A stretch of DNA of 64,000 nt. Origin: Nitrospirales bacterium. GTDB lineage: Bacteria > Nitrospirota > Nitrospiria > Nitrospirales > UBA8639. The number at the start of each line of letters is the position of its first letter. Position 1 is the first letter of the stretch. The notes beneath the pieces were generated by a model. That model ran no database searches. It was not told the DNA's origin and saw nothing but the letters and a program-made list of their open reading frames with translations. The stretch is taken from positions 2,105 through 66,104 of the forward strand of contig DAORAP010000014.1 of assembly GCA_035344255.1 (NCBI GenBank), in the 5' to 3' direction. Shown piece by piece: positions 61,860 to 64,000 of this stretch. A program made the position numbers and the translations under genes.

Positions 61860-62939
61860 TTAGGCCAGGATGGGATCCGCACTTTCCTCAATCCAGTCAA
61901 GATTTTCAGTAATCAGCTTCGCGGTTTTCAACCGCTTGAGGAGATTCAATCGAATCAATTGGGAATTCCGAAAGTCCTTATCATTAAAGTTTATGGATTT
62001 CATCCCATCTTTCAATTCGACTATCGCAGATTGCAAATCAATGGAAGGTTGAAACTCTGGCGCCAATTTCATAAACCGAGCAAAGTTTACTTGATAGGAT
62101 CTTCGATCAGGTTGTGCCCCTTCATTAATAGAGATGGTAGTCCCCGGAATAACACGAGCTACCGCTTCTGCTAACTGTCTGACCTGATAATTCCATTGAT
62201 TGCTACCGACATTGATGGAAAGAGCTTCACCGCCGTTCTGACTCTTTCTTTGAATGCCCCATTCAATGGCTTTAGCCATATCCTTAATATGAATAAGGGG
62301 ACGCCAAGGAGTCCCATCACTCAAGATGACAATTTCGCCGTTGACCAAGGCACTCGCAACAAAGTCATTCAACACCAAATCCAGCCGAAGCCGCTCACTC
62401 ATTCCACATGCGGTTGCAAAGCGAAGGGATGTGACAACAAATCCCTCACTGGCCAATCGGCTAAGTTCTTTCTCGGCACCTAACTTCGATTTGGCGTAGG
62501 CCGTGAGCGGGTTCAATGGCGAATCTTCATCCCTGGCTCCTTCTGCGAAACCATAGACACTACAAGATGATGCGAAAACAAATGACTTCACACCCCGTGC
62601 CTTCGCTTTCACAGCGAGGTCATAGGCGGCATGATGGTTCACATTGGCCGTCACATCTTCAAATAAAGCTCCCATGGGATCATTAGAAATCGCCGCTAAA
62701 TAGACAATCGCATCAACCTCATGAAGCACCGCCTCAGGTGGATTCCGAACATCGGCAAAATATTGAATGTCAACCTGCGTCCTACTGACCATCTCGGGAA
62801 CAGTGAGACAATTTGCAAAAAACCCCATATCCAGGCCAACGAGCGTTGCACCTGGGATCGTTTCCCTCAGTCGCTGAATCACCGCTGGGCCGACATACCC
62901 CAAATTACCTGTAATTAATATCTTCACGAGATCCCCCAT
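61860..62939 (-). CDS. NAD-dependent epimerase/dehydratase (extended SDR)
   Basis: GNLGYVG, LAAISNDP, FASSCSVYG, YAKSK, LRFATACG and WRPLIHIKD. Start is 62939 or GTG 62927 (ORF track gives 63005). Confidence 0.87.
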   Translation of the reverse strand: MGDLVKILITGNLGYVGPAVIQRLRETIPGATLVGLDMGFFANCLTVPEMVSRTQVDIQYFADVRNPPEAVLHEVDAIVYLAAISNDPMGALFEDVTANVNHHAAYDLAVKAKARGVKSFVFASSCSVYGFAEGARDEDSPLNPLTAYAKSKLGAEKELSRLASEGFVVTSLRFATACGMSERLRLDLVLNDFVASALVNGEIVILSDGTPWRPLIHIKDMAKAIEWGIQRKSQNGGEALSINVGSNQWNYQVRQLAEAVARVIPGTTISINEGAQPDRRSYQVNFARFMKLAPEFQPSIDLQSAIVELKDGMKSINFNDKDFRNSQLIRLNLLKRLKTAKLITENLDWIEESADPILA

Positions 62940-63119
62940 TGTTATCCATAAATATAACCCTGCTCCAAATGTTTTAACGGGCAATAAAGGTGTTTGCCCT
63001 TGCAAATAGAAGTCATAAAACGTTTTAACTGCAAAACGTCAAGGTCAAAGAAAAACAACAACGACATGGCTCTACAATGGTCAAAGTCTCACAACTCTTC
63101 GCGTGAGCCATTCAACCAT

Positions 63120-63896
63120 TTAATCGGTCCATATTTTCCACGGTGCACTTTTGGTATCCCAGAGTTCTTCCAAATAATTTTTTTCTTTCAAAGTGTCCAT
63201 GCAGGACCAAAACCCATAATGCCGATATCCCATCATTTGCCCATCTTTGGTCAGACCTTCCAAAGGCTCTTTCTCCCATGGTGTTTCATCATTACTGATG
63301 TAATCAATGGCCTTACCATTTAGCACAAAAAATCCACCGTTGATCCATCCCTCGCCTGATTCAGGTTTTTCATGAAAGTTACAGATCCTGTCTCCGTCAA
63401 ACCCGATTCGCCCAAAACGGGCAGGTGAACGAACAGTCGTCACGGTTGCCAGCTTTCCATGTGAATGATGAAATTTAATCACAGATTCAATATCGAGGTC
63501 TGCCACACCATCGCCATATGTGAACAAAAAAGTCTCTTCATCACCCAACCACTTTTTAAGGCGCTTAAGTCTGCCACCAGTTTGCGTATGCATTCCAGTA
63601 TCCACAAGATGGATTTTCCAGTTTGGCTGTTTACCGTCATGTATCGTGGTTTTACCATTCGCCAAATCAATAGTGAGATCATTATTGAAAGCATAAAAGT
63701 TCAAAAAATACTCCTTGATGACCTCGGCCTTGTAACCCAGGGCAATGATGAACTCGGTGACATTGTAAGCTGCATAGATTCTCATAATATGCCAGAGAAT
63801 CGGCTTCCCTCCGATCTCAATCATTGGCTTTGGTTTTAAACCGGTTTCCTCAGAAAATCGAGTACCCAATCCGCCAGCTAGAATAACGGCTTTCAT
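63120..63896 (-). CDS. rfbF: Glucose-1-phosphate cytidylyltransferase
   Basis: ILAGGLGTRFSEET..KPKPMIEIGGKPILWHIM, TGGRLK, TYGDG, WINGGFF and FWSCMDTL. Confidence 0.95.
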   Translation of the reverse strand: MKAVILAGGLGTRFSEETGLKPKPMIEIGGKPILWHIMRIYAAYNVTEFIIALGYKAEVIKEYFLNFYAFNNDLTIDLANGKTTIHDGKQPNWKIHLVDTGMHTQTGGRLKRLKKWLGDEETFLFTYGDGVADLDIESVIKFHHSHGKLATVTTVRSPARFGRIGFDGDRICNFHEKPESGEGWINGGFFVLNGKAIDYISNDETPWEKEPLEGLTKDGQMMGYRHYGFWSCMDTLKEKNYLEELWDTKSAPWKIWTD

Positions 63897-64000
63897 AATT
63901 CTGTCCCTTTTTTTGCTCGTTATTTATAAGACCCTGCGCGATAAACAAAACCCATGTGGCAAAAGAAATACTGAAAACCGGCAACCTCCGAGACCTAAAA

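Noticed and set aside
1-64000. rRNA, tRNA, riboswitch or ops/JUMPstart elements
   Set aside because: None was recognised by eye. An Infernal or tRNAscan-SE run would be needed to exclude them formally.

Overview
A single large cell-surface glycan (EPS/LPS/glycoprotein glycan) biosynthesis locus. Every intact gene lies on the minus strand. Reading from the right end: a nucleotide-sugar core (rfbF, SDR, sugar C-methyltransferase, RmlC-type epimerase, DUF4910, nucleotidyltransferase, SDR); a glycosyltransferase and a beta-propeller protein; a Wzm/Wzt ABC exporter; kinase-like, DUF5672, SGNH and gmd genes; several GT4/GT2 genes; an O-antigen ligase/polymerase-family protein; three asparagine-synthetase-like proteins; a GT4/ATP-grasp/deacetylase/methyltransferase module; two paralogous secreted beta-helix proteins; and a final GT4 plus wecB, which runs off the left edge and is missing from the ORF track. 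About 17 IS elements or relics (IS3, IS1380, IS256, ISNCY/IS5-like, probable IS1595) fill roughly 18 kb, almost all in the left 44 kb. None has an intact transposase. They include a triple-nested insertion with readable target duplications and two pairs of near-identical dead copies. I saw no rRNA, tRNA or CRISPR array. The IS3 orfA style and the gene content are reminiscent of Nitrospirota, but this is weak inference. All family calls come from motifs recognised by eye, not from database searches.
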